Assembly: GCA_045047305.1 (NCBI GenBank)
Contig: JASFYO010000020.1
Location: 1-25,456 of the forward strand
Source: Planctomycetota bacterium
Lineage (GTDB): Bacteria > Planctomycetota > UBA1135
Direction of reading: 5' to 3'
Length of the DNA stretch: 25,456 nt
Position 1 is the first letter of the stretch, and the number at the start of each line of letters is the position of its first letter. Made by a program: the position numbers and the translations under genes. The notes below the pieces were generated by a model. It was not told where the DNA came from, ran no database searches, and saw only the letters and a list, made by a program, of their open reading frames with translations. Of the stretch, positions 8,452 to 17,548 are shown piece after piece.

Positions 8452-10299
8452 TTACTCAGCTAGTTGTTGCTTAATTGCGTCCACCAATTCGCCGGACATG
8501 AAAGGTTTGCCCTGCACTTTCGGCAAAGAGATGGCATCGACCAGGTACTCGGCGCGAATGATTCTGCACAGCTGACCGCGGTTGAGTTCTGGGATCAACA
8601 CCTTCTTGTAACGTTTGAGGACATCGCCTAAGTCGTTGGGAAGAGGCCACAAGTTGCGCAAATTGAGTTGCGCGACCGAAAGTCCGGCCTCTTGACTACG
8701 CGCCACGGCGCCACGAATCGCGCCATAGGTGGACCCCCATCCGAGGACCAAAAGATCGGCGTGGTCTGGGCCGAAGACTTCCAACGGCTTGTAGCTATCA
8801 GCTACCTTTTTCACCTTGCTTTCGCGCAAGATGGTCATTTTTTCGTGGTTCGCTGCGTCGTAAGAGACGTCGCCGGTGAGGTCCGCCTTCTCCAAGCCAC
8901 CGACGCGGTGTTCCAAGCCAGGAGTACCAGGGATCGCCCAAGGACGTGCCAGGTTTTCATCGCGCGAGTATGGCTGAAAGTTTTCCGTGTCGGTGTGGAA
9001 GGCCTTGGGGAAAGGCTTCAGCGAGGAAACTTCTGGAATCAAGAACGGTTCTGCGCCGTTGCCAATGTAGCCATCGCTTAGCAAAATAACCGGAGTCATG
9101 TACGTGACTGCAATGCGCACTGCTTCCACCGCAGCTGCAAAACAATCCGCCGGCGAAGAAGTGGAGACCACTGGAAGGGGTGCTTCCGAGTTGCGCCCGT
9201 ACATGGCTTGATTCAGGTCGGCTTGTTCGGTTTTGGTCGGCATACCAGTGGATGGGCCAGCGCGTTGCACGTCGACGAGCACCAAAGGCAATTCAATCAT
9301 GATGGCTAAGCCGAGTGCTTCGCCTTTCAACGCAAGGCCCGGCCCAGAGGTTCCAGTCATGCCAATCGAGCCAGCATAGCTTGCTCCAATTGCCGAACAG
9401 ATGGCCGCAATCTCATCTTCTGCCTGGAAGGTGGTCACGCCATAGTTTTTGTAGCGCGCTAGTGCATGCAGCACATCAGAAGCAGGAGTAATGGGGTAGG
9501 AGCCGTAGTACAACGGCTTCTCTGCCAACTTACAACCTGCAACCAATCCCATGGCCAATGCCTGGTTGCCGCCAATGTTGCGGTAGGTTCCACCTGGCAA
9601 CGGGGCTGCACTCACTTGATAAGTGCTCTTGAACAGTTCGGAGTTCTCCGCAATGTTTGCACCAGCGCGCAAAGCCAAAAGGTTGGCTTCGAGAATCACT
9701 GGCTTCTTACTGAACTTACCAGTCAACCACTTCTCGGTATGCGCGAGCGGACGCGAGTAAGTGTGATAAAGCATGCCGAGCGCCAACAAGTTTTTACACC
9801 GCAGTGCATCCTTGTTACTAAGCCCGGTACCCTCCACAGCCTTAAGAGTTGCTTCATTCAGGTCGATGGCGACCAGCTGATACTTCTCTTCCAGAGTTGG
9901 ATCGTCGAGAGGGTTTTCTTCGTAGTGCGCTTTCACCAAATCGCGCTTGCCGAAGTTGCCGGTGTTCACAATCAGCAGTCCGCCTTCTTTTAACTCTTCA
10001 ATGTTGACCTTGAAAGCAGCGGGGTTCATGGCCACCAGCACATCGGGCTTGTCGCCAGGTGTGTGGATGTCTTTTGATGCAAAGCGAACTTGGAAACCAC
10101 TCACTCCGAACAACGTTCCGATAGGAGCGCGGATTTCGGCGGGGTAGTCTGGGAAGGTTGCCAGATCGTTACCCATCATCGCCGACGTATCGGTGAATTG
10201 GTTACCGGTCAGCTGCATGCCGTCGCCGGAGTCACCCGCAAAGCGGATCACGACCTCGTCGACGTGCTGAAGGGGAATCTCTTGTTTGGTAGGAGCCAT
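8452..10299 (-). CDS. korA: 2-oxoacid:ferredoxin oxidoreductase alpha subunit (gamma-alpha fusion)
   Basis: AGDSGDG, PAEIR, YPITPAS, QAEDEIAA, TSGPG and QRAGPSTGMPT motifs; 615 aa. Confidence 0.95.
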   Translation of the reverse strand: MAPTKQEIPLQHVDEVVIRFAGDSGDGMQLTGNQFTDTSAMMGNDLATFPDYPAEIRAPIGTLFGVSGFQVRFASKDIHTPGDKPDVLVAMNPAAFKVNIEELKEGGLLIVNTGNFGKRDLVKAHYEENPLDDPTLEEKYQLVAIDLNEATLKAVEGTGLSNKDALRCKNLLALGMLYHTYSRPLAHTEKWLTGKFSKKPVILEANLLALRAGANIAENSELFKSTYQVSAAPLPGGTYRNIGGNQALAMGLVAGCKLAEKPLYYGSYPITPASDVLHALARYKNYGVTTFQAEDEIAAICSAIGASYAGSIGMTGTSGPGLALKGEALGLAIMIELPLVLVDVQRAGPSTGMPTKTEQADLNQAMYGRNSEAPLPVVSTSSPADCFAAAVEAVRIAVTYMTPVILLSDGYIGNGAEPFLIPEVSSLKPFPKAFHTDTENFQPYSRDENLARPWAIPGTPGLEHRVGGLEKADLTGDVSYDAANHEKMTILRESKVKKVADSYKPLEVFGPDHADLLVLGWGSTYGAIRGAVARSQEAGLSVAQLNLRNLWPLPNDLGDVLKRYKKVLIPELNRGQLCRIIRAEYLVDAISLPKVQGKPFMSGELVDAIKQQLAE

Positions 10300-10311
10300 C
10301 AGGAAAGGCGT

Positions 10312-10317
10312 ATTGTA
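10312..10317 (-). promoter_or_regulatory. Putative -10 element for korAB
   Basis: TACAAT on the minus strand 12 nt before ATG 10299, within the 26-bp intergenic gap. Confidence 0.5.
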
Positions 10318-10325
10318 CCGACTTT

Positions 10326-12179
10326 CTAGCGCATTCTGGCGGCGACCTCGGCAATGTCGTCGAGCAAACCGGGTAGGTCTGGATCGAGGCGATAGGCGTC
10401 GGCGAGGCGGTCGCGCGCGGTTGTGAGTTGACCAGAAGCAAGATGCATCCGTCCCAGCGCCTGAAGGATGCGCGGTTGATCGGGTTGGCGCTCTAGTGAT
10501 GCCGTCGCTGCGGCACCCAGAGCTGCAGAGTCTTGGCGCTTACTGGCGATGAGGAAAAGCACATTCCATGGCGCCTCGGCCTCTGGGAAGAGCTCTGCGG
10601 TCTGCTGGGCCAACATTTCGGCCTCTTTTAGCTCTCCAGCATCGACTAAGAGCCACGCGAGGTTCAGCTGCGCTTCAGGCATGTTTGGGGCGAAGTGCAG
10701 GGCTGTGCGGTAGGCCTCTTGCGCCTCGGAGTTGCGTCCAGCGGTGGTGAGGGTGCGGCCGCGCAGGAAATGGAATTGTGGGAGTTGAAGGACGGGGAGG
10801 CCGGCGAAAGACCCGGAGCTTGGGAGCGTGTCGAATTGGGCGAGTGCACGTTCCTGAAATCCCTTCTCGGCGAGAGTCATGGCGTCGAGCGCGCGCAGTT
10901 CAAGGTCGGAGAGGTTCACTCCGTCGGTGGGGCGGTAGCGGAAGACCTCCCAATTGCCGGACAGACTTTCCATGGGGCGAAAACCATGTTCGACTTTGGC
11001 GCGGTCAGGATGGATGCCAATCTTATGGTCTGAAATCTCCACCGCCTGCAAGTCATAAGGTTTGCGCCTTGGCATGTGGCAGGAAATGCAATCTTCCTCG
11101 GCAGTGGGGTTGCCGTGTGGTTGGATGTCTGCATGACAATTCAGACATTTTTGCACTCGGGTTGCAGCATCTTGCAAACGCGGCGGTAAGTGTGGATTGT
11201 GGCAACTGCTGCAAGTCATGTCCGGCGAGTTTTGGAAGCATGCACTCAAGGCGAGGCGGCGCACTTGGCTCACGAAACTGAAATCATCGCTCGCCTCCTT
11301 TGCCACCATCACCGCACGATGCTCACTCAAACGCTCGCCCGGAGCTGGGTGAGGGGAGTTTAGATCAAACTCAATCCGGGCATCGCCCTCTAGGTGGCAT
11401 CGGGCGCAAAGGTCCAATTGGAGTTCGCTGGAAAGGTCTCCTGGATAAAGGATGTGCAGATCAGCTTGCGCATATTCTCCTTTTTTCATCAAGTCCACAT
11501 GCGCGTCGCCGGCGCCATGACAAGTGATACAGCTCAAAGGCTCGGGGCGGAATCCAGCTAAAGCGTTGAGTGGGTAGACATCGGGAGTGCGGGTGTCGCT
11601 ATGGCAAGAAAGACACTCTCCAGTGATGGGGTGGTGTAGTCCGCCAGGCGTAGAGCCGAATTCTTGCGGTGCAGGCTCCCAGCCTTGGCCGGTGTAAAAC
11701 TCAATTGGTGCGAAGAACCAACGTCCGGAACTTTCAGCGACAAAGGACATCGCGTTGACGCCAGCGCCGATGCGAAAAGGGAGTTGCCGGGCTTGCTGAA
11801 ACTTGGGCCATCCTGGTGCAGGGGCATCACGAAAGGCGAGTAGCTTCCAGGCGTCGTTACTAGCTTTCACTTGATAGGCAAAGTTGGACTGTTGATTGTG
11901 CAGCCAACTTCCATCGAGCTCTGCCGGGATGCGTTCGGGATCTAGCGCGCCAAGGGTGTCGGCCATGCCATGCAGTTTCCATTGGCGCACAATATCTGCA
12001 TGACATTGCCCACATTCCTGGTCACCCAGCACAGGGAGTTGCTTGATGGGAAGATGCTGGCGCTCGAAAGAAACAATGTCCGCCACTCGGGTCGAGGATG
12101 CAGCGTCACCTTCAGAGCCCCCGCAGGAGACCCAGAGGAGCGGGATGATGACGCAGGGGAGGGCTAGGGAAGCGCGCAC
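10326..12179 (-). CDS. Multiheme c-type cytochrome lipoprotein with C-terminal TPR repeats
   Basis: Lipobox-like WVSC; seven CxxCH motifs (CGQCH, CLSCH, CITCH, CARCH, CSSCH, CLNCH, CISCH); TPR-like helices such as EAQEAYRTALHFAPNMPEAQLNLA and ARDRLADAYRLDP. Confidence 0.88.
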   Translation of the reverse strand: MRASLALPCVIIPLLWVSCGGSEGDAASSTRVADIVSFERQHLPIKQLPVLGDQECGQCHADIVRQWKLHGMADTLGALDPERIPAELDGSWLHNQQSNFAYQVKASNDAWKLLAFRDAPAPGWPKFQQARQLPFRIGAGVNAMSFVAESSGRWFFAPIEFYTGQGWEPAPQEFGSTPGGLHHPITGECLSCHSDTRTPDVYPLNALAGFRPEPLSCITCHGAGDAHVDLMKKGEYAQADLHILYPGDLSSELQLDLCARCHLEGDARIEFDLNSPHPAPGERLSEHRAVMVAKEASDDFSFVSQVRRLALSACFQNSPDMTCSSCHNPHLPPRLQDAATRVQKCLNCHADIQPHGNPTAEEDCISCHMPRRKPYDLQAVEISDHKIGIHPDRAKVEHGFRPMESLSGNWEVFRYRPTDGVNLSDLELRALDAMTLAEKGFQERALAQFDTLPSSGSFAGLPVLQLPQFHFLRGRTLTTAGRNSEAQEAYRTALHFAPNMPEAQLNLAWLLVDAGELKEAEMLAQQTAELFPEAEAPWNVLFLIASKRQDSAALGAAATASLERQPDQPRILQALGRMHLASGQLTTARDRLADAYRLDPDLPGLLDDIAEVAARMR

Positions 12180-12185
12180 CGCAAA

Positions 12186-12191
12186 AGTTTA
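12186..12191 (-). promoter_or_regulatory. Putative -10 element (leaderless promoter)
   Basis: TAAACT on the minus strand 6 nt before GTG 12179. Confidence 0.55.
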
Positions 12192-12261
12192 TCCCCTTTT
12201 GTCGTCACATCGGGGGCCGAAGGGGAGTAGTCATAATGCTGCCCTCTAACCTCAAATAAAA

Positions 12262-12945
12262 ATGAAAACACCCCTCCTTCGTGCAGGCGTTCTGCTTGCT
12301 TCTAGCCTCCTTCTAACTGGTTTAGCTTCGGCCCAGAACAACCACACGGTGCAGGTCGCGGCCAATGGCTTCACTTTCACCCCTCAGGACATGCACATCA
12401 ACATGGGTGACACCATCACTTGGGTTTGGAATGCACCATTCGCGCATAATGTCACTTCCGATGCCGGGGTTTTCTTCTCGGGACCGCCAACGGTTGCGCC
12501 GAACACCTTTTCAGTCACTTTCGATGCTGCATTCGTCGCCGCAAACCCTGTAGCTGGAGACCTTTACACCTATCACTGCCAGCCTCACCAAGCGCTAGGC
12601 ATGGTAGGTTCCATCCATGTGATGGATCCTCGTGTGCTGAGCCTGGTGAATTTCTCGGCCGGTCAAATGGGCACCATGCAAGTGGACGGCCTCAATCCTG
12701 GCGCTACCGTGATCATCGCCTATTCTACGATTGGCAATGGTCCGACCGACATCGCTTTCGGCACTCTAGCCCTCAGCGCTCCGGTTAACCAACTCCCAGC
12801 CCTCACTGCCGACGGTCTAGGCCACGCTGAGCTCACGGTGAACCTCCCTGCAGGCCTTGCTGGGACCACGGTATTCCTGCATTCCGGTGAGCTTTTAGGC
12901 GGAGGCTCAGGCATTCTTTCGAATCCTGTTACGGCCGTCCTCTGA
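12262..12945 (+). CDS. Secreted plastocyanin/azurin-family cupredoxin with shared C-terminal domain (copy 1)
   Basis: Signal peptide ...LASA|Q; FTP..GDTITW, HNV, YHCQPHQALGMVG give type-1 copper ligands His/Cys/His/Met; extra ~105-aa C-terminal domain. Confidence 0.9.
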   Translation: MKTPLLRAGVLLASSLLLTGLASAQNNHTVQVAANGFTFTPQDMHINMGDTITWVWNAPFAHNVTSDAGVFFSGPPTVAPNTFSVTFDAAFVAANPVAGDLYTYHCQPHQALGMVGSIHVMDPRVLSLVNFSAGQMGTMQVDGLNPGATVIIAYSTIGNGPTDIAFGTLALSAPVNQLPALTADGLGHAELTVNLPAGLAGTTVFLHSGELLGGGSGILSNPVTAVL

Positions 12946-12960
12946 GCCGAGTCTGCCGAA

Positions 12961-12997
12961 TAAAACAGCCCCAGAGCATGCTACTGGGGCTGTTTTA
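12961..12997 (+). terminator. Intrinsic terminator-like hairpin
   Basis: TAAAACAGCCCCAG-N9-CTGGGGCTGTTTTA, a 14-bp inverted repeat 15 nt after the stop at 12945, with T-run. Confidence 0.8.
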
Positions 12998-13086
12998 CTT
13001 AGAAAGGGAGGAGATTCCTCAAGAAAGCAGACTTATCCTTCGATTCTGCTTTATTATTAGTGGTCCCCTTGGACCCATCTAATCGC

Positions 13087-13773
13087 ATGAACTCATCCTC
13101 CCTCTTCAAGTCTGGCCTCATTTTGGTGGCTGGCCTCACCCTTTCTTCTGTCGCTGCGGCGCAGAACAACCACACGGTTAAAGTTGCTCCGTCGGGATTC
13201 GTATTCGAGCCCCAAGACATCAACATCAATGTCGGCGATACCGTGACCTGGGTGTGGTTTGGTTTTGGCTCGCATAACGTGCACGCGAGCTCAGGCGCAT
13301 TCCTCTCGGGTAATCCAACTGCGGCACCAAACACTTACAGCGTCACCTTCGATGGCACCTTCTTGGCCTCAAACCCAGTTGCTGGTGATCTCTACAACTA
13401 CTTTTGCGATCCCCACCAGGCTTTCGGCATGGTTGGTTCGGTCAATGTGATGAGCCCACGCGTTTTAAGCGTGACTACCTTTACTGCTGGCTCGACTGGC
13501 ACCATCCATGTGAATGGTTTGAACCCCAACGGCACTGCCATGTTGGGCTACTCGCTGGCAGGCAACGGCCCGATTGATATCAGCATGGGCACCCTTTCTT
13601 TGAGTGCTCCTTTTAGTCAGCTTCCTCCTCTGACGGCGGATGCGGCAGGCCACGCCATGATGTCGGTCAACCTTCCAGCTGGATTAGCAGGCACCACGGT
13701 TTACATGCATGGTGCTGAGTTGTTCGGTGCTGGCGCAGGTATTTTGATGAACCCGCTTACGGTTGTACTCTAA
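13087..13773 (+). CDS. Secreted cupredoxin with shared C-terminal domain (copy 2, tandem paralog)
   Basis: Colinear with copy 1; HNV and YFCDPHQAFGMVG. Start placed at ATG 13087 to match the signal-peptide length of the paralog (...VAAA|QNNHT). Confidence 0.9.
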   Translation: MNSSSLFKSGLILVAGLTLSSVAAAQNNHTVKVAPSGFVFEPQDININVGDTVTWVWFGFGSHNVHASSGAFLSGNPTAAPNTYSVTFDGTFLASNPVAGDLYNYFCDPHQAFGMVGSVNVMSPRVLSVTTFTAGSTGTIHVNGLNPNGTAMLGYSLAGNGPIDISMGTLSLSAPFSQLPPLTADAAGHAMMSVNLPAGLAGTTVYMHGAELFGAGAGILMNPLTVVL

Positions 13774-13789
13774 GACGAGTGCCTCCCAA

Positions 13790-13827
13790 ACAAGAAGCCC
13801 GGCAAGTAATCTTGCCGGGCTTCTTGT
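13790..13827. terminator. Bidirectional terminator-like hairpin between convergent genes
   Basis: ACAAGAAGCCCGGCAAG-TAAT-CTTGCCGGGCTTCTTGT, a perfect 17-bp stem between stops at 13773 and 13850. Confidence 0.85.
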
Positions 13828-13849
13828 GTTTGGAGCGGAAGGGGAATCC

Positions 13850-15718
13850 TTATGGAATCGCTAACTCCACACTGTGGGTCAGGGTCAGTGGAGCGTTGCC
13901 AGCAGCATCTTCCACCTTGGCTTGGAGGTAAAGAGTGCGACCGCTGAGGTTGGGATCGTTCGGGATTTGGAAGAGGGCACTAGCCTTTCCATCTGCGCCG
14001 AGACTGAATGGCGTTTCGTAAGTAATCGTTCCACCCATGTGGAAGATACCACCGAGCGCGCGGTCTCTGACTAGGCCAGGGACATCGGAGTGGAACAGGG
14101 TTACCGTTCCGTTGGGTACCCCGAAGGCATCAATGTTGATGGTGCCGCCGACTGTAGGGGTTCCCGTCCAGGAGAATCCCGTTTCCCAAATCTTGTGGTT
14201 TTCCTTGGTCTCAAGATCCAAGTAGGTTTGAGTATTGCCGGAGGGCCATAGAAGTTGAGTCTCCATCGCAAAGCGTGAGTCGCTCAAGCCAAAGTGCGCG
14301 CGTGGGCTGTCGGTGTTGCAAAAGCCACGCCCGACCGTATTGAAACGATGGATTTCCTTGCCGTCTGGAGTGGTGACGCGCATGCGGGTGCCCACCGCCG
14401 ACCGGTTAGAAATGACACCAATAGGCTCAATCGAAATCCAGTTATTCGCATTACCGTCGGCGATGAAGAGAGCGTTCTCTTGCCAGCTGACAGGTACATA
14501 CGCAGGACCACCGGTATTTAAGTAGGCATCGACGAAACCATCCTCGTTGATGTCGCCAAAGGCAATCCCGTGGGTGCGGGTTTTACCGATGGAGGTAAAG
14601 CCAGAGGAAACAGCAACGTTAAGGCTCCTTAAGCTGCCTCCAGGTGCCGGGCGAACAAACTTGACGACGTCGAAGTTCTTGACGTTGGGGTGGCCCGTTC
14701 CAATGAAGATATCTGGGTAGCCATCGGCGTTGAGGTCACCGCAATTGTGCCCCATGTCTTGTTGGCGGCTCATGCCAGAAATCAGGCGTAAATCACTAAA
14801 GGTGCCATCTTGGTTGTTGAGGTACATGCCGCTTGGGTAAACGCCATTGAATTGATAGCGGGCACCAAAGAGGTCGAGCCAACCATCATTGTTAAAATCA
14901 ATGAGAACACCACCAAAGTTTTTGCCCGGATCCTGGACGCCAGCATGAGCTGCGGTATCCGTAAAGGTGCCATCTCCATTGTTGTGATAAAGCCGGTTCA
15001 CACTTACGTAATCGCCTACGAAAATATCGACAAAACCATCGTTGTCGACATCGCCGGAGGAGCAATGGCGGTAGTCGCCAAGGTGGGTGATGCCAGCGGG
15101 GATGGAGACATCGGTGAACACGAGATTGCCATCGTTGCGGAGCAGGGAATTATGTACTGAAGCTCCTACAGCAACGCCGTTTTGGGAAACGAAAATATCT
15201 AAGTCACCATCGTTATCGTAATCGAGAACGGTTCCACCAAAACTGGAGTAGGTACTTAAGTCCGCATCTCCGGCGGCCGCAGTGACATCGGTGAAGACGC
15301 CTGTGGTATTTAAATCGTTGCGCAGAAGAGTGTTGGCCTGCGCACCGGAAAAACCGCCGGTGGGGAAGTACACATCGCGGTCGCCGTCATTATCAAAGTC
15401 GGCAACCAAGACGCCCCAACCGCGGTCGAGCGTGGTTGGGATGCCCCACGCCACATTCATTTTCTCAAATGTGCCGTCTGTCTTTTGACGCAAGAAGGCA
15501 TCTTCCATTTCCGACATGGTGACGATGAGGTCGAGGAGGCCGTCATTATCTAAGTCGACCATGGCAGCGCCGCGACCGTAGCCTGGTTCCAGGACTCCAC
15601 GCGCTGCGGCTTCGTCGTGGAAGGTCATTGCTAAAGCACCACGGCGGTCGATTTGCGCACCAAGTGCACTCGACAGCAGCACCGCGGCGATGGCTGAATT
15701 TTTGAGGAGTTGATTCAT
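13850..15718 (-). CDS. CRTAC1-family protein (FG-GAP/VCBS-like repeats plus ASPIC/UnbV domain) with shared C-terminal domain
   Basis: Repeated D(F/Y/L)DNDGxxD and NxGDGTFxDV motifs; NNWI..., SNRSAVG, AHFGL and LLWPSG are the ASPIC/UnbV signature. Signal peptide from ATG 15718 (MNQLLKNSAIAAVLLSSALGA|Q). Extra C-terminal domain at about 13850-14179. Confidence 0.88.
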   Translation of the reverse strand: MNQLLKNSAIAAVLLSSALGAQIDRRGALAMTFHDEAAARGVLEPGYGRGAAMVDLDNDGLLDLIVTMSEMEDAFLRQKTDGTFEKMNVAWGIPTTLDRGWGVLVADFDNDGDRDVYFPTGGFSGAQANTLLRNDLNTTGVFTDVTAAAGDADLSTYSSFGGTVLDYDNDGDLDIFVSQNGVAVGASVHNSLLRNDGNLVFTDVSIPAGITHLGDYRHCSSGDVDNDGFVDIFVGDYVSVNRLYHNNGDGTFTDTAAHAGVQDPGKNFGGVLIDFNNDGWLDLFGARYQFNGVYPSGMYLNNQDGTFSDLRLISGMSRQQDMGHNCGDLNADGYPDIFIGTGHPNVKNFDVVKFVRPAPGGSLRSLNVAVSSGFTSIGKTRTHGIAFGDINEDGFVDAYLNTGGPAYVPVSWQENALFIADGNANNWISIEPIGVISNRSAVGTRMRVTTPDGKEIHRFNTVGRGFCNTDSPRAHFGLSDSRFAMETQLLWPSGNTQTYLDLETKENHKIWETGFSWTGTPTVGGTINIDAFGVPNGTVTLFHSDVPGLVRDRALGGIFHMGGTITYETPFSLGADGKASALFQIPNDPNLSGRTLYLQAKVEDAAGNAPLTLTHSVELAIP

Positions 15719-15813
15719 ACAATCAAGGGGGGGGGCTGGCAACAACCGCCCTGCATTAAAATACCTCCAATCTGCCTGGGATAACCGCTTTTTTGGCTAG
15801 GAATACGGTGTTG

Positions 15814-16578
15814 CTAATCCAGAATCCTAACCCAAATATTGCGAAACCTTACTGGATCTCCGTGGTTTTGCAGCTTGAGCGGGAGTTTTGAGGGGTGAGC
15901 CCCCCTTGGAGGCAGGGTACGGTGCACCGTAGGGCCCAGTAATTCACGATTATGATGTACTAAAACACCATTGTGCAGCAAAGTCACTTTTGCCGGCGAT
16001 TCTAAGCCTCCGGATTCACTGAACTTAGGTGCGGTGAACAAGATGTCGTAGGTCTGCCAGGCACCCGAGGGGCGGCAAACGTTGACGCTGGGCGGGAATT
16101 GGCCATAAAGCGCAGCGGCGGTGCCGTCGGCATAACTGCTGTTATTCCAGGTATCCAGCACTTGGATTTCGTACAGGCCCATCAAAAAGACACCACTATT
16201 GCCCATGCTTTGGGAATTCCCGCTGCGCTGGGCGGGCGTGGCCCATTCCACATGGAGCTGGCAATCACCGATGGGGAGCTTGGTTTGGATGTCGGCATTG
16301 CCCGCGACCACCATGGTGCCGTTCTCCAGCTTCCATGTGGGAGTCTCACCCGCTGGAGTTAACCAGGCATCGAGATTACTGCCATCGAAGAGGACGACTG
16401 CATCGCTCGGCGCATCGCCGACGCTTGCACCTGGCTTGACTACGGGAGGGTATGGACGGTCGCGATCATGCACCTTCCATTTTTGGCCGGGTAGGAGTGG
16501 GGTGTCGTCGTAACCTGGCCGCGGGGTTGGATCTTGCAGCAGAAAGGGCGTGGCAAGAAGTAGGAGAAGGAAGCGCAT
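15814..16578 (-). CDS. DUF1080 (3-keto-disaccharide hydrolase-like) secreted protein
   Basis: PSDAVVLFDG, LHVEW, GNSGVFL, YEIQVLD, WQTYDI and LQNHGDPVRFRNIWVR motifs; short hydrophobic N-terminus. Confidence 0.88.
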   Translation of the reverse strand: MRFLLLLLATPFLLQDPTPRPGYDDTPLLPGQKWKVHDRDRPYPPVVKPGASVGDAPSDAVVLFDGSNLDAWLTPAGETPTWKLENGTMVVAGNADIQTKLPIGDCQLHVEWATPAQRSGNSQSMGNSGVFLMGLYEIQVLDTWNNSSYADGTAAALYGQFPPSVNVCRPSGAWQTYDILFTAPKFSESGGLESPAKVTLLHNGVLVHHNRELLGPTVHRTLPPRGAHPSKLPLKLQNHGDPVRFRNIWVRILD

Positions 16579-16583
16579 GAGAA

Positions 16584-17492
16584 TTAGAAGGTAAGGAAGC
16601 TAACGAAGGCGAGGCCGACCATGATGCCGACGGAAGTGAGAAGCAACACGGGAGCGAGCACCAAGGTATTTAAAATGCATCTCATGTAGGAGCGTTGGGT
16701 CACACGGCGCTGCGCAAGAGTGAGGTAAATAGGTGGGTAAAAGAAAAGCATGCTTGCGTACACCCAACCTGGTGCAGGGATGAGCAAGATAAGAGTGAGT
16801 AGAGTGAAAAGGAAGGACTGGAATTGCAGAGTGAAAATGAAATGGTCGAAGTAAAGGAAATCTTGGCGGAACCATAAAATACGTAAATAGAGCGCGAAGA
16901 AAGGCAGTATGAATAAAAGCGCAATCGGTATGTGGGCAACCATCTCTCGCGATAAGGCTGCGCTTTTTTGGTTATCGCTCAAGCGGTCCATGCGATGGGT
17001 GCGTTCAAGAAGGAACTCGCGGATTGGATTTTGCCACCATGAATTCTCACTGAGAAAGCTATCTCGAATGTCTTGTTCCATTTCCCCAAACTCACCATCT
17101 GCAAGGATCGGAACCTTTTCCGAAGCGGTGGAGCCCATTGAGAAAATGGCGTCGTCGTGAAGCTCTCCGCGGCACTTTGCGGTCAAAATCATCAACACGC
17201 TCATGAACAGATAGAGGCGCAGTGGTGAAACATAACGCGCTCGTCGGCCTTCTTGGTACTCCAGGCAAAGCGCGCCCGGTTTACGGAATAACAGCCACAA
17301 AGTTCGCCATGACTTTGCCTCGGCGCCAAACCAAACGGTGAAGAAATCGGAGACTAAGTCGCGGAAGGAAGCACGTAAACCATGGGTCGTTTGTCCACAT
17401 TGCGGGCAAAAGGCGTGGGTGGCCACCGCGAGGCAATTCGGGCACTTACGTGGGCCAGTGTCGGGTTCCGGGACCATGGGGGCTTGGGCCAT
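16584..17492 (-). CDS. DUF3667-domain membrane protein
   Basis: N-terminal zinc ribbon CPNC...FCPQCGQ, then WRTLWLLFRKPG...YQEGRRARYVSPLRLYL, followed by several hydrophobic segments. Confidence 0.85.
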   Translation of the reverse strand: MAQAPMVPEPDTGPRKCPNCLAVATHAFCPQCGQTTHGLRASFRDLVSDFFTVWFGAEAKSWRTLWLLFRKPGALCLEYQEGRRARYVSPLRLYLFMSVLMILTAKCRGELHDDAIFSMGSTASEKVPILADGEFGEMEQDIRDSFLSENSWWQNPIREFLLERTHRMDRLSDNQKSAALSREMVAHIPIALLFILPFFALYLRILWFRQDFLYFDHFIFTLQFQSFLFTLLTLILLIPAPGWVYASMLFFYPPIYLTLAQRRVTQRSYMRCILNTLVLAPVLLLTSVGIMVGLAFVSFLTF

Positions 17493-17498
17493 TTTTGC

Positions 17499-17504
17499 AG
17501 CATA
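17499..17504 (-). promoter_or_regulatory. Putative -10 element (leaderless promoter)
   Basis: TATGCT on the minus strand 6 nt before ATG 17492. Confidence 0.55.
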
Positions 17505-17548
17505 CCTGCAACCCTTGGTTCCCCCTGACCCCTTTGTTATTACCTATC

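Noticed and set aside
13008..13020. GAGGA-GAT-TCCTC hairpin resembling the 267-284 hairpin
   Set aside because: Only a 5-bp stem and far from any start codon; chance similarity is likely.
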